Shown here piece after piece: positions 50,998 to 60,072 of a DNA stretch of 64,000 bases. Numbering within the stretch: position 1 is the first letter of the stretch; the number at the start of each line of letters is the position of its first letter. The translations under genes and the position numbers were made by a program. The stretch comes from Clostridia bacterium (GTDB lineage Bacteria > Bacillota > Clostridia > RGIG6154): NCBI GenBank assembly GCA_045589295.1, contig JAZNOU010000021.1:36636-100635 (forward strand). Direction: 5' to 3'. Below the pieces are notes generated by a model that did no database searches, was not told the DNA's origin, and saw only the letters and a list, made by a program, of their open reading frames with translations.

Positions 50998-52419
50998 ATG
51001 GGTGGATTTTTTGGAGCGGTATGTTCTTACGATGCGGTTTCTGACGTGTTTTTCGGTACTGATTATCATTCTCATTTGGGCACACGCCGTGGCGGTATGG
51101 CAGCTTATGATATTAACGATGGTTTACAACGCGAAATTCACAACATACAAAACTCGCCGTTTAGAACAAAATTCGACAAAGTTTTTGAAGAAATGCATGG
51201 CAATTCTGCAATTGGGTGTATAAGTGACTATGACCCCCAACCTCTTTTAATTCGTTCAAATTTTGGCACCTATGCAATTTGTGTTATCGGTGTAATTAAT
51301 AATTCTGACGAACTGATTGACAAACATTTGAATTTAAATGGTCATTTTCAGGCTATGACGGGAGGAAAAATCAACTCTTGTGAGCTTATTTCATCTCTTA
51401 TAAACCAAAAAGACAACTACGTCGACGGTATCAAGTTTGCTCAAAGTGAAATTGAGGGAACTGCTTCTATTCTTATTCTAAAAGATGACGGAAACATTAT
51501 TACTGCACGTGACAGACTTGGCAGACTTCCTGTTTTGATTGGAAAATGCGAAGACGGATATGCAGTATCATTTGAATCGTTTGCTTTAAATAAATTAGGC
51601 TTTGAGTTTGAAAAAGAACTTGGGCCGGGCGAAATTGTTGAAATTTCAAAAGACAGTCTTACTGTGCTTGCAGAGCCCGGAAACGAAATGAAAATCTGCT
51701 CATTTTTATGGTCATATTATGGCTACCCCACTTCTGTTTATGAGGGCGTAAACGTTGAAGTAATGAGAAACAGAAATGGTGAAATTTTAGCAGAAAATGA
51801 TGCAATTTTAAAAAACGCAGAAGGCGTTGATTATGTAAGCGGCGTTCCTGATTCAGGCACACCACACGCTATTGGTTATTCAAACAAAAGCGGAATACCA
51901 TTTTCTCGTCCTTTTATAAAATATACACCTACCTGGGCAAGAAGCTTTACACCTACTATGCAGTCGGAACGTGCAAAAGTTGCCAAGATGAAGCAAATTC
52001 CAATTAACGAACTTATTTCAGGCAAAAATCTTTTGTTTGTTGATGATTCCATCGTTCGCGGAACTCAGCTTAAAGAAACTGTTGATTTTCTTTATTCAAA
52101 TGGTGCCAAGGCGGTTCATATGCGTTCTGCATGTCCCCCAATTATGCACAGTTGCAAATTTTTGAATTTTTCACGTTCAAACGGTGATATGGAACTTATT
52201 ACCACAAAAACAATTATGGAATTAGAAGGTCTTGAGGGAATGAAACACCTTGACGAATACAGCGACGCTTCTACCGAAAGAGGTAAAAATTTAAGAAAAG
52301 CTATTGCCAAAAACCTAAATTTTGAATCTATTGAATTTCAAAGTCTTGACGGACTTATCAAGGCAATAGGAATTGACCCCTGTAAGCTTTGCACATACTG
52401 CTGGACAGGTAAAGAATAA
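50998..52419 (+). CDS. purF: Amidophosphoribosyltransferase-like protein (PurF family) lacking the N-terminal catalytic Cys
   Basis: ARDRLGRLP, PGEIV, GVPDSG..AIGY, PRPP loop VDDSIVRGT, Fe-S Cys (CSF, CKF, CTYC); starts MGGFFG after GGAGG. Confidence 0.82.
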   Translation: MGGFFGAVCSYDAVSDVFFGTDYHSHLGTRRGGMAAYDINDGLQREIHNIQNSPFRTKFDKVFEEMHGNSAIGCISDYDPQPLLIRSNFGTYAICVIGVINNSDELIDKHLNLNGHFQAMTGGKINSCELISSLINQKDNYVDGIKFAQSEIEGTASILILKDDGNIITARDRLGRLPVLIGKCEDGYAVSFESFALNKLGFEFEKELGPGEIVEISKDSLTVLAEPGNEMKICSFLWSYYGYPTSVYEGVNVEVMRNRNGEILAENDAILKNAEGVDYVSGVPDSGTPHAIGYSNKSGIPFSRPFIKYTPTWARSFTPTMQSERAKVAKMKQIPINELISGKNLLFVDDSIVRGTQLKETVDFLYSNGAKAVHMRSACPPIMHSCKFLNFSRSNGDMELITTKTIMELEGLEGMKHLDEYSDASTERGKNLRKAIAKNLNFESIEFQSLDGLIKAIGIDPCKLCTYCWTGKE

Positions 52420-52424
52420 AAATT

Positions 52425-52457
52425 TAAGGAACTGAGTTTTACTCAGTTCCTTTTTTT
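52425..52457 (+). terminator. Intrinsic terminator after purF-like gene (overlaps the convergent GT2 3' end)
   Basis: AAGGAACTGAGT-tt(t)-ACTCAGTTCCTT followed by a T-run. Confidence 0.75.
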
Positions 52458-53377
52458 ACAACACATTTACTTTTACTGGTAGAAGATATTATGTATTTAG
52501 GTCTTCCTTTGATTTCTTCATAAATACGTGCAATATAATAACCTATAACACCAAGGCTTATCATAATTATACTTCCGATAAAGATTGTGATAATTATTAC
52601 TGTTGTCATTCCTTCAATTGCTCTACCAATTATTTTATCTACGAGTGCCCATACGCCAAATATAACCGATATTACAAGCATCAACATGCCAAGAACTGTT
52701 ACAATTTGCATTGGCGCCGTTGAATATGATGAAATATTCGAAAGTGCATACTTTACAAGACCTAATGATGACCATTTTGATTCACCATCAATACGCTCTT
52801 CAACATCAAACTCAACTATAGCTTTCTTATATCCTACCCAGTATGAAATTGCACGGAAAAAACCTCTCTCGGGCATTTTATTTAATACATCTATTACTTT
52901 TCTGTCCAAAAGCTTAAAATCAGAAGAATTGGACATATCAAACCCGACCATACGACTTATAACAGTATAAAACAGCTTCGCTGCAAATCCATAGGTCTTT
53001 TTTTCATTTCCTCTCTGTTTTTTTATACCCTCAACGATTTCATAACCATCTTCCCACAAACGATACATTTCTACTATTTTTTGTGGCGGGTGTTGAAGGT
53101 CACAGTCAATTACAACAGCACAGTCACCGTTTGCTGCTGCAAGTCCTGCAGATATCGCTGCTTCTTTACCGAAATTTCTTGAAAAATGCACCCCTGTTAT
53201 ATTTTCTTCTTTTAACGACAAATCGTTTATTATTTCATATGTTCTGTCGTTCGAACCATCATCTACAAAAACAAATTCACTTTTAATATTATTTTTTGTT
53301 AATATCTCCTGCACGGTATTGTACGCTCTATAAATACATTTTTCTTCGTTATATACCGGGATAACTATTGTCAACAT
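52439..53377 (-). CDS. GT2 polyprenyl-phosphate glycosyltransferase (GtrB/CsbB-like)
   Basis: IPVYNE, VDDGSND, SRNFGKEAA, IDCDLQHPP, SDFKLLDRKV, two C-terminal TM helices, EEIKGRP.Y. Confidence 0.92.
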   Translation of the reverse strand: MLTIVIPVYNEEKCIYRAYNTVQEILTKNNIKSEFVFVDDGSNDRTYEIINDLSLKEENITGVHFSRNFGKEAAISAGLAAANGDCAVVIDCDLQHPPQKIVEMYRLWEDGYEIVEGIKKQRGNEKKTYGFAAKLFYTVISRMVGFDMSNSSDFKLLDRKVIDVLNKMPERGFFRAISYWVGYKKAIVEFDVEERIDGESKWSSLGLVKYALSNISSYSTAPMQIVTVLGMLMLVISVIFGVWALVDKIIGRAIEGMTTVIIITIFIGSIIMISLGVIGYYIARIYEEIKGRPKYIISSTSKSKCVVKKGTE

Positions 53378-53402
53378 ATACTTCACCTCACCACAAAACG
53401 CT

Positions 53403-54272
53403 TTATTTATCACAAATCACTTTCATTTCCTGACTCATTACCGTATCAAATTCTGTTTTCCTGTTTTTTGATAAATAAAATTTATTAAAACATATACTAT
53501 CCGAAAATTCAACTTCATTTTTCTCAAGGTATCCAGGATGAAATAGAATTTCTATATCTTTATTTTCTTTAGTTGCTATTTTTAAATAATGTGGTAAAAT
53601 CTTTTTTACCCTTTTTTCATCCATTCTTCCCGAAAAGAGAATACCAAAAAAATATGCTGTAGGAATTTTGTATCCACCCAAGTGTCTTTTATTAACCACC
53701 CACAAAAATTTAAGCAACCACTGCTTAATAATATTTATAGGATTGTAAGTAAAATAAAGCGACGGAGTTTTAATATAAGGCAACACCGGTTCTGCGGGAA
53801 TTCTCAGATACTTAACATTTATTTTTTCCTCTTTGATAACTCTAACAATCGCCTTAAACACACCCGGAATCATATGTGTGTGCTGGTGACTGTCAATCAA
53901 CAACTCAGTTTTTACAGAAAAGTTATCTCTCCACAATAAAACCTGAGATTTAACCTCCTCGTAAACCTGAGCTTCAAACTTTCTCTTATTAAAAATACTA
54001 TGCAAAAATAATCCACCAAACGAATGTTTAAAACTCCCGTCTTCATTTGCCAGCAAATTAATATTTTTTGCTTGCGAAATGCATTTTCCCTCAACCAGAT
54101 TAATATGAAGGGAGATCTCAACATTTTTAGAAGAACACAATTCATCTAACCCAGTTGTATCAAAATTTGGAAATACACTGACTTTATTCAAAGCACCATC
54201 ATTAACGCATCTTGTTATTCTCTTTGACGATATATCACATAAGCCATAATCATCAGCGCATATATATATCAC
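53403..54272 (-). CDS. ChbG/HpnK/YdjC family carbohydrate deacetylase
   Basis: ADDYG, LHINL.EG, IDSHQH.H, E...HPG. Confidence 0.85.
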   Translation of the reverse strand: MIYICADDYGLCDISSKRITRCVNDGALNKVSVFPNFDTTGLDELCSSKNVEISLHINLVEGKCISQAKNINLLANEDGSFKHSFGGLFLHSIFNKRKFEAQVYEEVKSQVLLWRDNFSVKTELLIDSHQHTHMIPGVFKAIVRVIKEEKINVKYLRIPAEPVLPYIKTPSLYFTYNPINIIKQWLLKFLWVVNKRHLGGYKIPTAYFFGILFSGRMDEKRVKKILPHYLKIATKENKDIEILFHPGYLEKNEVEFSDSICFNKFYLSKNRKTEFDTVMSQEMKVICDK

Positions 54273-54275
54273 CTT

Positions 54276-55811
54276 CTACTCACTCTCCACCCCGAGTTTT
54301 ATAACTATCGTATTATCAACAACTTTAATACTGTCTTTTGCCGGCCAGATTGGCATATCCTCAACTTTCCTGTTTTTCATTAAAGCTTTTTTATTATCTC
54401 CGCTTAAAAATTTATAATTCTTTCCGCAATAATCGTTTAAAGCACTGCACAACACACTCTGGCTTACTGTTTCATCATCAGCACGAATTATGTACCCATC
54501 TGTTATTCCTGTAATATCAGGTGGCAAATTTGCACTGTATTCTTTACTGTTTTCAAGTGCCCCTACAACCATAATTTTCTCGCACTTATCCGAATTTGGA
54601 ATTTGTTCTATTCTGTCAGCTATACGTATTAAAACACCATACGACCTTTCATAAGCCATCTGCGCCTTATGATAACTTACATTCGATATAATCACCTGAT
54701 TAAAAATCAAAACAACAGAGATTATCACAATTGCCCATGATTTAATGCAAGAGCACTCTTCTCCTCGTTCGTATAGGATTATAAAAAACAGGTAGAAAAC
54801 AGAATAGCCCATTAGCATTAAATTATGGTAATCAATCTGCGCATTGATAAATGCCAATATCCCTGCTCCAATTAAAAGCATAAATCCCATAGCAATCAAA
54901 ATAAAAAATTTAATCGGCGTTTTGTAAATTTTATTTATAAATATGTACTTAATATAATGTAACAGTGTAAATATAAAAATAACAATATTAATAAAGGTAA
55001 ATACGTTCAACCCATCTGAGAATTGAAAGAAACAATTAACAAAAGTTTCCTTGATAATGTACAAAGAACCTGCTAAGTCTATATTTGATAATGTTAAAGA
55101 AGAACTAAGTCCTTGATAGTCAAGTAATCCAACCTGGTAAATTACAAGTAAAATTTTCAATATAATGTAGTATAAAACCATTCCCGCAAGTCCAGATAAA
55201 AATATGCTGATGCCTCTTTTAAAAATGTCTTTGGTCGACATATTGTGATAAATTACCCTATCAATCAAATCAATCATAACAAGCATTACTGTTACTGTTA
55301 TGTACGCCTGATAAATTCCTGCTGATAAAGCAATCATAATCGCAGATAAAACGTAACGCGGTTTTTCCTTTGTTAAACACATCGCAGCAACTGTTGAAAG
55401 CAAAAATGCAACGCTGTAACCATCAGCCACATAATTATACATAAGAACAGATGTAACTGTAGGAAACGAAACGATTACTGCACCTATAATAAAAGCTGTC
55501 ACATTTTTCTGCACGTTAAGTATTTTACATATACAAGCAGTACTTAAAGCATGAAAAATAATTGTTACTATCCCATTAAAAAAGGGCAAATCATAAAACG
55601 AACTAAATGAACACACAACGGGTAAAAACCATCTGCCAAGGGCAATCATATTTTGCGAATCGTATCTGAAAACAAGCGAATCCCAATTAGGCAACCAATT
55701 TGTGATTTTATAAAAGTGTGCAAACAATCCCACAATTATAGCCGCAAAAAAACAAACCTTCCATTGAGGCTGAATATATGTATTAAGTTTTTTTAATGTT
55801 TTTTCAGGCAT
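54276..55811 (-). CDS. GT-C membrane glycosyltransferase (GtrII / glucosyl transferase family)
   Basis: Multi-TM; N.D.., LGRW, S.GIYQAY, YQG motifs; C-terminal MP.WP..DSI..VD..IVIKL; in a gtrA/gtrB context. Confidence 0.75.
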   Translation of the reverse strand: MPEKTLKKLNTYIQPQWKVCFFAAIIVGLFAHFYKITNWLPNWDSLVFRYDSQNMIALGRWFLPVVCSFSSFYDLPFFNGIVTIIFHALSTACICKILNVQKNVTAFIIGAVIVSFPTVTSVLMYNYVADGYSVAFLLSTVAAMCLTKEKPRYVLSAIMIALSAGIYQAYITVTVMLVMIDLIDRVIYHNMSTKDIFKRGISIFLSGLAGMVLYYIILKILLVIYQVGLLDYQGLSSSLTLSNIDLAGSLYIIKETFVNCFFQFSDGLNVFTFINIVIFIFTLLHYIKYIFINKIYKTPIKFFILIAMGFMLLIGAGILAFINAQIDYHNLMLMGYSVFYLFFIILYERGEECSCIKSWAIVIISVVLIFNQVIISNVSYHKAQMAYERSYGVLIRIADRIEQIPNSDKCEKIMVVGALENSKEYSANLPPDITGITDGYIIRADDETVSQSVLCSALNDYCGKNYKFLSGDNKKALMKNRKVEDMPIWPAKDSIKVVDNTIVIKLGVESE

Positions 55812-55857
55812 TCTTACCACCCCGTACATCGTTAATGTTAATCAACTTAATATTTTT

Positions 55858-56259
55858 TTACTTTTCCTTAGATTCAAGAAATATTTTTCGTGTAATAAAA
55901 TTATAAACAGGAACAATTACCATAGCAATAATTTTCACCGTCAGATAATATATGGACATTAAGTTAATACCAACCCAAAGCACAAGCTGATTAATACATA
56001 ATCCGCCAATGCTTAATACAACAAAAATTAAAAACTCGTTAACTCTGCTTTTTTCTTTACCTTTAAAAACAAAAGTCATACTTAAAATATAATTTACTGT
56101 TACCGAAACACAAAAAGAAATCATTGAAGAAAAAAGCACATTAATGTGCAATAATTCTTTTAGTATTATAAGTATTCCTACATCAACAACCGCGGCAATA
56201 CCACCTACAATTGCAAATTTGAATAATTGCGATATAAGTTGATTGTTTATTTTCTTCAA
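55858..56259 (-). CDS. GtrA family flippase
   Basis: QLFKFAIVGG....D, NYILS..FVF, four TM helices, K......V..YNFITRK.F. Confidence 0.9.
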   Translation of the reverse strand: MKKINNQLISQLFKFAIVGGIAAVVDVGILIILKELLHINVLFSSMISFCVSVTVNYILSMTFVFKGKEKSRVNEFLIFVVLSIGGLCINQLVLWVGINLMSIYYLTVKIIAMVIVPVYNFITRKIFLESKEK

Positions 56260-56325
56260 AATTTATTCTCCCAACAATAATTCGCTAACATTACGAAACC
56301 TCGACTACGCACCCAAAACGGCACT

Positions 56326-56365
56326 AAAAAAATATCCCGATGCAGACAGAGACATCTGCATCGGG
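56326..56365 (-). terminator. Terminator-like hairpin in the 5' leader of gtrA
   Basis: Minus strand CCCGATGCAGA-N8-TCTGCATCGGG then ATATTTTTTT, ~70 nt before the gtrA start. Confidence 0.6.
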
Positions 56366-56534
56366 TGTCATTAAAGCAACTTGCTCTGCATTTCTTTTTA
56401 TTGCAAAATATATCCAAGATTTCTAAGTAACATAATAACATATATATAATTACATTGTCAACATATTTAGAAATCATATAATATAAATTACAGAAAAAAT
56501 GCGAATATTACCAAGAAATTCGGGGAAAATAGTG

Positions 56535-56563
56535 TTGACAAAGAAAAATTTTTTTGCTATACT
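56535..56563 (+). promoter_or_regulatory. sigmaA promoter of the T-box leader
   Basis: TTGACA-17nt-TATACT with extended -10 TG. Confidence 0.75.
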
Positions 56564-56569
56564 ATTTGT

Positions 56570-56790
56570 GTTGGAGACTCAGCTTTTGTGGAAAGTCTGA
56601 AAGGGAGAATACGCCGTGGACTGAAAGCGTATTTGAGATGAGTAGTAAGTTTGGGAACACTCCAATTTAAGTTATTTTAATATTTATAAAAGCGGACACA
56701 GCTTAGTGTCAATGCGGGTGGCACCGCGGGTTAAACTTTTGTTTACTCGTCCCGGGAATATTCTTATATTCCCGGGATTTTTTATTTTTA
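56570..56790 (+). promoter_or_regulatory. T-box riboswitch (probable Asn specifier AAC) upstream of aspS-gat operon
   Basis: Stem I closing TTGGAG/CTCCAA with AGGGAGA and GACTGAAAG motifs and GAAC loop; T-box AATGCGGGTGGCACCGCG; terminator TCCCGGGAATA..TATTCCCGGGA-T run. Confidence 0.9.
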
Positions 56791-56806
56791 GTAGGAGGAA
56801 AATATC

Positions 56807-58882
56807 ATGTACAGAACTCTATTTTGTAACGACATACGTGATGAGCACATCGGCAAAACTGTTGAACTTGCAGGTTGGGTTGATGTTGTGCGTGACCACG
56901 GTGGCGTTATATTTATCGACCTTCGTGACTACACAGGTGTAACTCAGGTTGTTGTTCACGATGAATCTCTTTTAAAAGATGTTAACCGTGAAACTGTTAT
57001 CACCGTTAGCGGCACAGTTGAAAAACGTGCTTTAGAAACAGTTAACGAAAAAATTGACACAGGTAATGTTGAACTTGTGGCAAATACTCTTAAGGTGCTT
57101 GGAAAAAGTCAAAACATGCTTCCTTTTGACGTTCGTGCATCAAGATTAAGCAAGGATGAATTAAGACTTAAATATCGTTATCTTGACCTTCGTAATCCAA
57201 AAAACCATGATAATCTTGTTAAACGTTCACAGATTATCCGCCACTTAAGAAACAAAATGGAAGACAAGGGTTTCTTAGATATGCAAACACCTATCCTTAC
57301 TGCATCATCACCTGAAGGTGCAAGAGACTTTTTGGTGCCAAGCCGTAAGCATCCGGGAAAATTCTATGCTCTTCCTCAGGCACCACAGCAGTTTAAACAG
57401 CTTTTAATGGTGTCAGGTTTTGACAGATATTTTCAGATTGCACCATGCTTCAGGGATGAAGACGCACGTGCTGACCGTTCACCCGGTGAATTTTATCAGC
57501 TCGACTTTGAAATGGCATTTGCAACACAAGAAGAAGTTTTAGATGTTTGTGAAGATGTAATTTACGACACTTTCAAAACATTCTCAGATAAAAAGATTTC
57601 TCCAAAGCCATTCAGACGTATCACTTATGCAGATGCAATGATGACATACGGTTCAGATAAGCCTGATTTAAGAAACCCGCTTATTATTTGTGATCTTACA
57701 GAATTTTTCTCGACTGTTGGCTTCCCTGCTTTTAAAGGAAAACCTGTCCGTGGTATTGTTGCAAACTGCTTTGGAAAATCTAAAAAATTCTTTGAAGATT
57801 CTCTTAAGTTTGCTACTTCACCTGAGGTTGGTCTTGGCGGTCTTGGTTATATCACACTTAAAGACGGCGTGTTCGCAGGTCCTATTGCCAAATTCTTAAC
57901 AGATGATAAAAAAGCTGAAATCATTTCTCTTACAGGCGTAAAAGAAAATGAAACCCTGTTCTTTATTTGTGATGAAAAGAAAAACGATACTGAGAAAAAA
58001 GCAGGTTTAATCAGAACGTGGCTTGCAAAAAAGGAACAGCTTGATCTTATAAATGAAGATGCATTTGAATTCTGTTTTGTTGTTGACTTCCCAATGTATG
58101 AAATTGATGAAGAAACAGGCGAAACAATCTTTACTCACAACCCATTCTCTATGCCTCAGGGCGGAATGGACGCTCTTTTAAACAAAGAGCCTACTGAAGT
58201 ATTAGCATATCAGTACGACCTTGTTGGTAACGGTATAGAACTTGCATCAGGTGCTGTTCGTAACCACGATATAGATGTTATGAGAAAGGCATTTGAAATT
58301 GCAGGTTATCCTGAAGAAGAACTCAAAAAACGTTTCAATGCTCTTTATACAGCATTCCAGTATGGTGCTCCTCCTCATGCAGGTATGGCACCTGGCATTG
58401 ACCGTATGGTTATGCTTCTTACTGATGAAGAAAAAATTCTTGATGTTATCGCATTCCCTCTTAATGGTAATGCTCAGGACTTACTCTTAGGTGCTCCAAG
58501 CGAAGTTACAAATCAACAGCTTGAAGATGTTCACCTTTTAGGCAGTGGCAGTGCTTTAGCACAACGTGCTGCATCAACAGGTGCAAATAAAGCATCTTCT
58601 GGCAAACGTTCTACTTTTTCAAACGCTCAGCAGCTTAATCAGCTTTCTCTTACTGATGAAGAAGAGGCACTTGTTCAGGGTATTTTCGGAAACATGAATG
58701 AAAAAGAACAGATTTTAGCAAAAACTAACACAGATGATGTTGAACCAATGGTACACGTTATGCCAATGACCAATGTATTGCGTGAAGACGTTCGCAATCA
58801 GCCGTTTTCAAGAGAAAGCCTTTTAGAAGGCGCTCCTGAACGCAACGATGACAGTTGGCAAGTACCAAGACTTGTAAAGTGA
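56807..58882 (+). CDS. aspS: Aspartate--tRNA(Asp/Asn) ligase fused at its C-terminus to GatC
   Basis: RDHGG..FIDLRD, LKYRYLDLR, PEGARDF, LPQAPQ.FKQ, CFRDED.RADR, GAPPHAG..PGIDR; then a Gly/Ser/Ala linker and GatC-like VEPMVHV...NVLRED.....SRE.LL..AP....WQVPRLV. Confidence 0.93.
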   Translation: MYRTLFCNDIRDEHIGKTVELAGWVDVVRDHGGVIFIDLRDYTGVTQVVVHDESLLKDVNRETVITVSGTVEKRALETVNEKIDTGNVELVANTLKVLGKSQNMLPFDVRASRLSKDELRLKYRYLDLRNPKNHDNLVKRSQIIRHLRNKMEDKGFLDMQTPILTASSPEGARDFLVPSRKHPGKFYALPQAPQQFKQLLMVSGFDRYFQIAPCFRDEDARADRSPGEFYQLDFEMAFATQEEVLDVCEDVIYDTFKTFSDKKISPKPFRRITYADAMMTYGSDKPDLRNPLIICDLTEFFSTVGFPAFKGKPVRGIVANCFGKSKKFFEDSLKFATSPEVGLGGLGYITLKDGVFAGPIAKFLTDDKKAEIISLTGVKENETLFFICDEKKNDTEKKAGLIRTWLAKKEQLDLINEDAFEFCFVVDFPMYEIDEETGETIFTHNPFSMPQGGMDALLNKEPTEVLAYQYDLVGNGIELASGAVRNHDIDVMRKAFEIAGYPEEELKKRFNALYTAFQYGAPPHAGMAPGIDRMVMLLTDEEKILDVIAFPLNGNAQDLLLGAPSEVTNQQLEDVHLLGSGSALAQRAASTGANKASSGKRSTFSNAQQLNQLSLTDEEEALVQGIFGNMNEKEQILAKTNTDDVEPMVHVMPMTNVLREDVRNQPFSRESLLEGAPERNDDSWQVPRLVK

Positions 58883-58892
58883 GGTGTTTAAA

Positions 58893-60071
58893 ATGAATTT
58901 CTATGCTACAAAAATTGGTGATGGAAACATTGCTATTGACGACACAATTCTTGTAAAAGATGTTGAAGCAACTGCAGGTTCTAAAATTTTAAGCGGTTTC
59001 AAACCTCTCTTTAGTGCAGAAGCTGTTACAAGACTTGAAAACAAAGGTTATAAAATTTCAGGAAAATCTCACGTTGGTGAGTTTGGTCTTGATTTAGTCG
59101 GTGAATTTTCTTACCTTTCAGAAAAAGAAGACACTTTAAAAGGTGCTGCAGCAGAATTAGTTGCAAAAGGCGAAGTTAAAGCCGCTTTAGGCGTTGATAT
59201 GAACGGCGCTCCAAGACGTGCAGCTGCAATTTCAGGTGTTTCATTCTTAAAACCTACCTACGGTACAGTTTCACGTTATGGTGTTATTTCTTGTGCTGCA
59301 TCTGGTGAACAGGTTGGCGTTTATGCAAAAAACACATCTGAAGTTAAAGAAATCATGGATGTAATTGCAGGTCACGATGACAAAGATGGCACAAGCTTAA
59401 GAAATGAAACTTACGACTATACAATTTCTTCTGCATCAGGCAAAAAAGTTGCTTTAATAAAAGAACTTTTTGAAAAAGCAGATAATGAAACAAAAAAAGA
59501 AATTGAAAAAAGCATTGATGTGCTTAAAGCTCAGGGTGTTTCAGTTGAAGAAATTTCATTTGATATTTTTGATACCGCAAACACTGCTTGGCAGATTCTT
59601 ATGACTGCAGAAACATGCAACAACGTATCTCGTTATGATGGTGTTAAATACGGCCACAGAGCAAAAGAATATAAAAACATTGATGAACTTTATGTTAATT
59701 CAAGAACTGAAGGATTTAATTTCCTTACAAAAGCAGTAATTTTATACGGTTCTGATGTTCTTTCAAAAAATCGTTATAAAGATTGCTATGATAAATCTTT
59801 AAAAGTTCGTAGAGTTATTGCTGAGAGATTTGAAGCTTTAATGAAAGAATATGATGCAGTTTTAACACCTGTATCAAGCAAAACTTCATACGAAAAATAT
59901 GATATTAAAGATGCATTTATGAAAGTGTTTGAAGAAAGTGTATTCACTTCTCTTGCAAACCTCATCGGCGTTCCGGCGCTTGCTTGCAAAAACGTTCAGT
60001 TTGTTGGAAAACACTTCTCAGAAAGCACACTTTTAAGCCTTGCAAACGCTTTGGAAAAGGAGGACAAATAA
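58893..60071 (+). CDS. gatA: GatA-like amidase-fold protein, truncated, catalytic residues absent
   Basis: T.GSKIL..F.P.F.A..V.RL, LKPTYGTVSRYG, IAGHD.KD.TS, N.SRYDGVKYG.R, SR.EGF, ANL.G.PA retained; GAGGTG RBS overlaps the aspS stop. Confidence 0.85.
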   Translation: MNFYATKIGDGNIAIDDTILVKDVEATAGSKILSGFKPLFSAEAVTRLENKGYKISGKSHVGEFGLDLVGEFSYLSEKEDTLKGAAAELVAKGEVKAALGVDMNGAPRRAAAISGVSFLKPTYGTVSRYGVISCAASGEQVGVYAKNTSEVKEIMDVIAGHDDKDGTSLRNETYDYTISSASGKKVALIKELFEKADNETKKEIEKSIDVLKAQGVSVEEISFDIFDTANTAWQILMTAETCNNVSRYDGVKYGHRAKEYKNIDELYVNSRTEGFNFLTKAVILYGSDVLSKNRYKDCYDKSLKVRRVIAERFEALMKEYDAVLTPVSSKTSYEKYDIKDAFMKVFEESVFTSLANLIGVPALACKNVQFVGKHFSESTLLSLANALEKEDK

Positions 60072-60072
60072 T

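Noticed and set aside
56256-56477. 73 aa ORF upstream of gtrA
   Set aside because: It runs through a terminator-like hairpin, has no clear RBS and shows no protein-like motif.
58893-60071. Calling gatA a pseudogene
   Set aside because: The ORF is intact with a strong RBS and coupling to both neighbours, and structural motifs are conserved; the loss is concentrated on catalytic and substrate residues.
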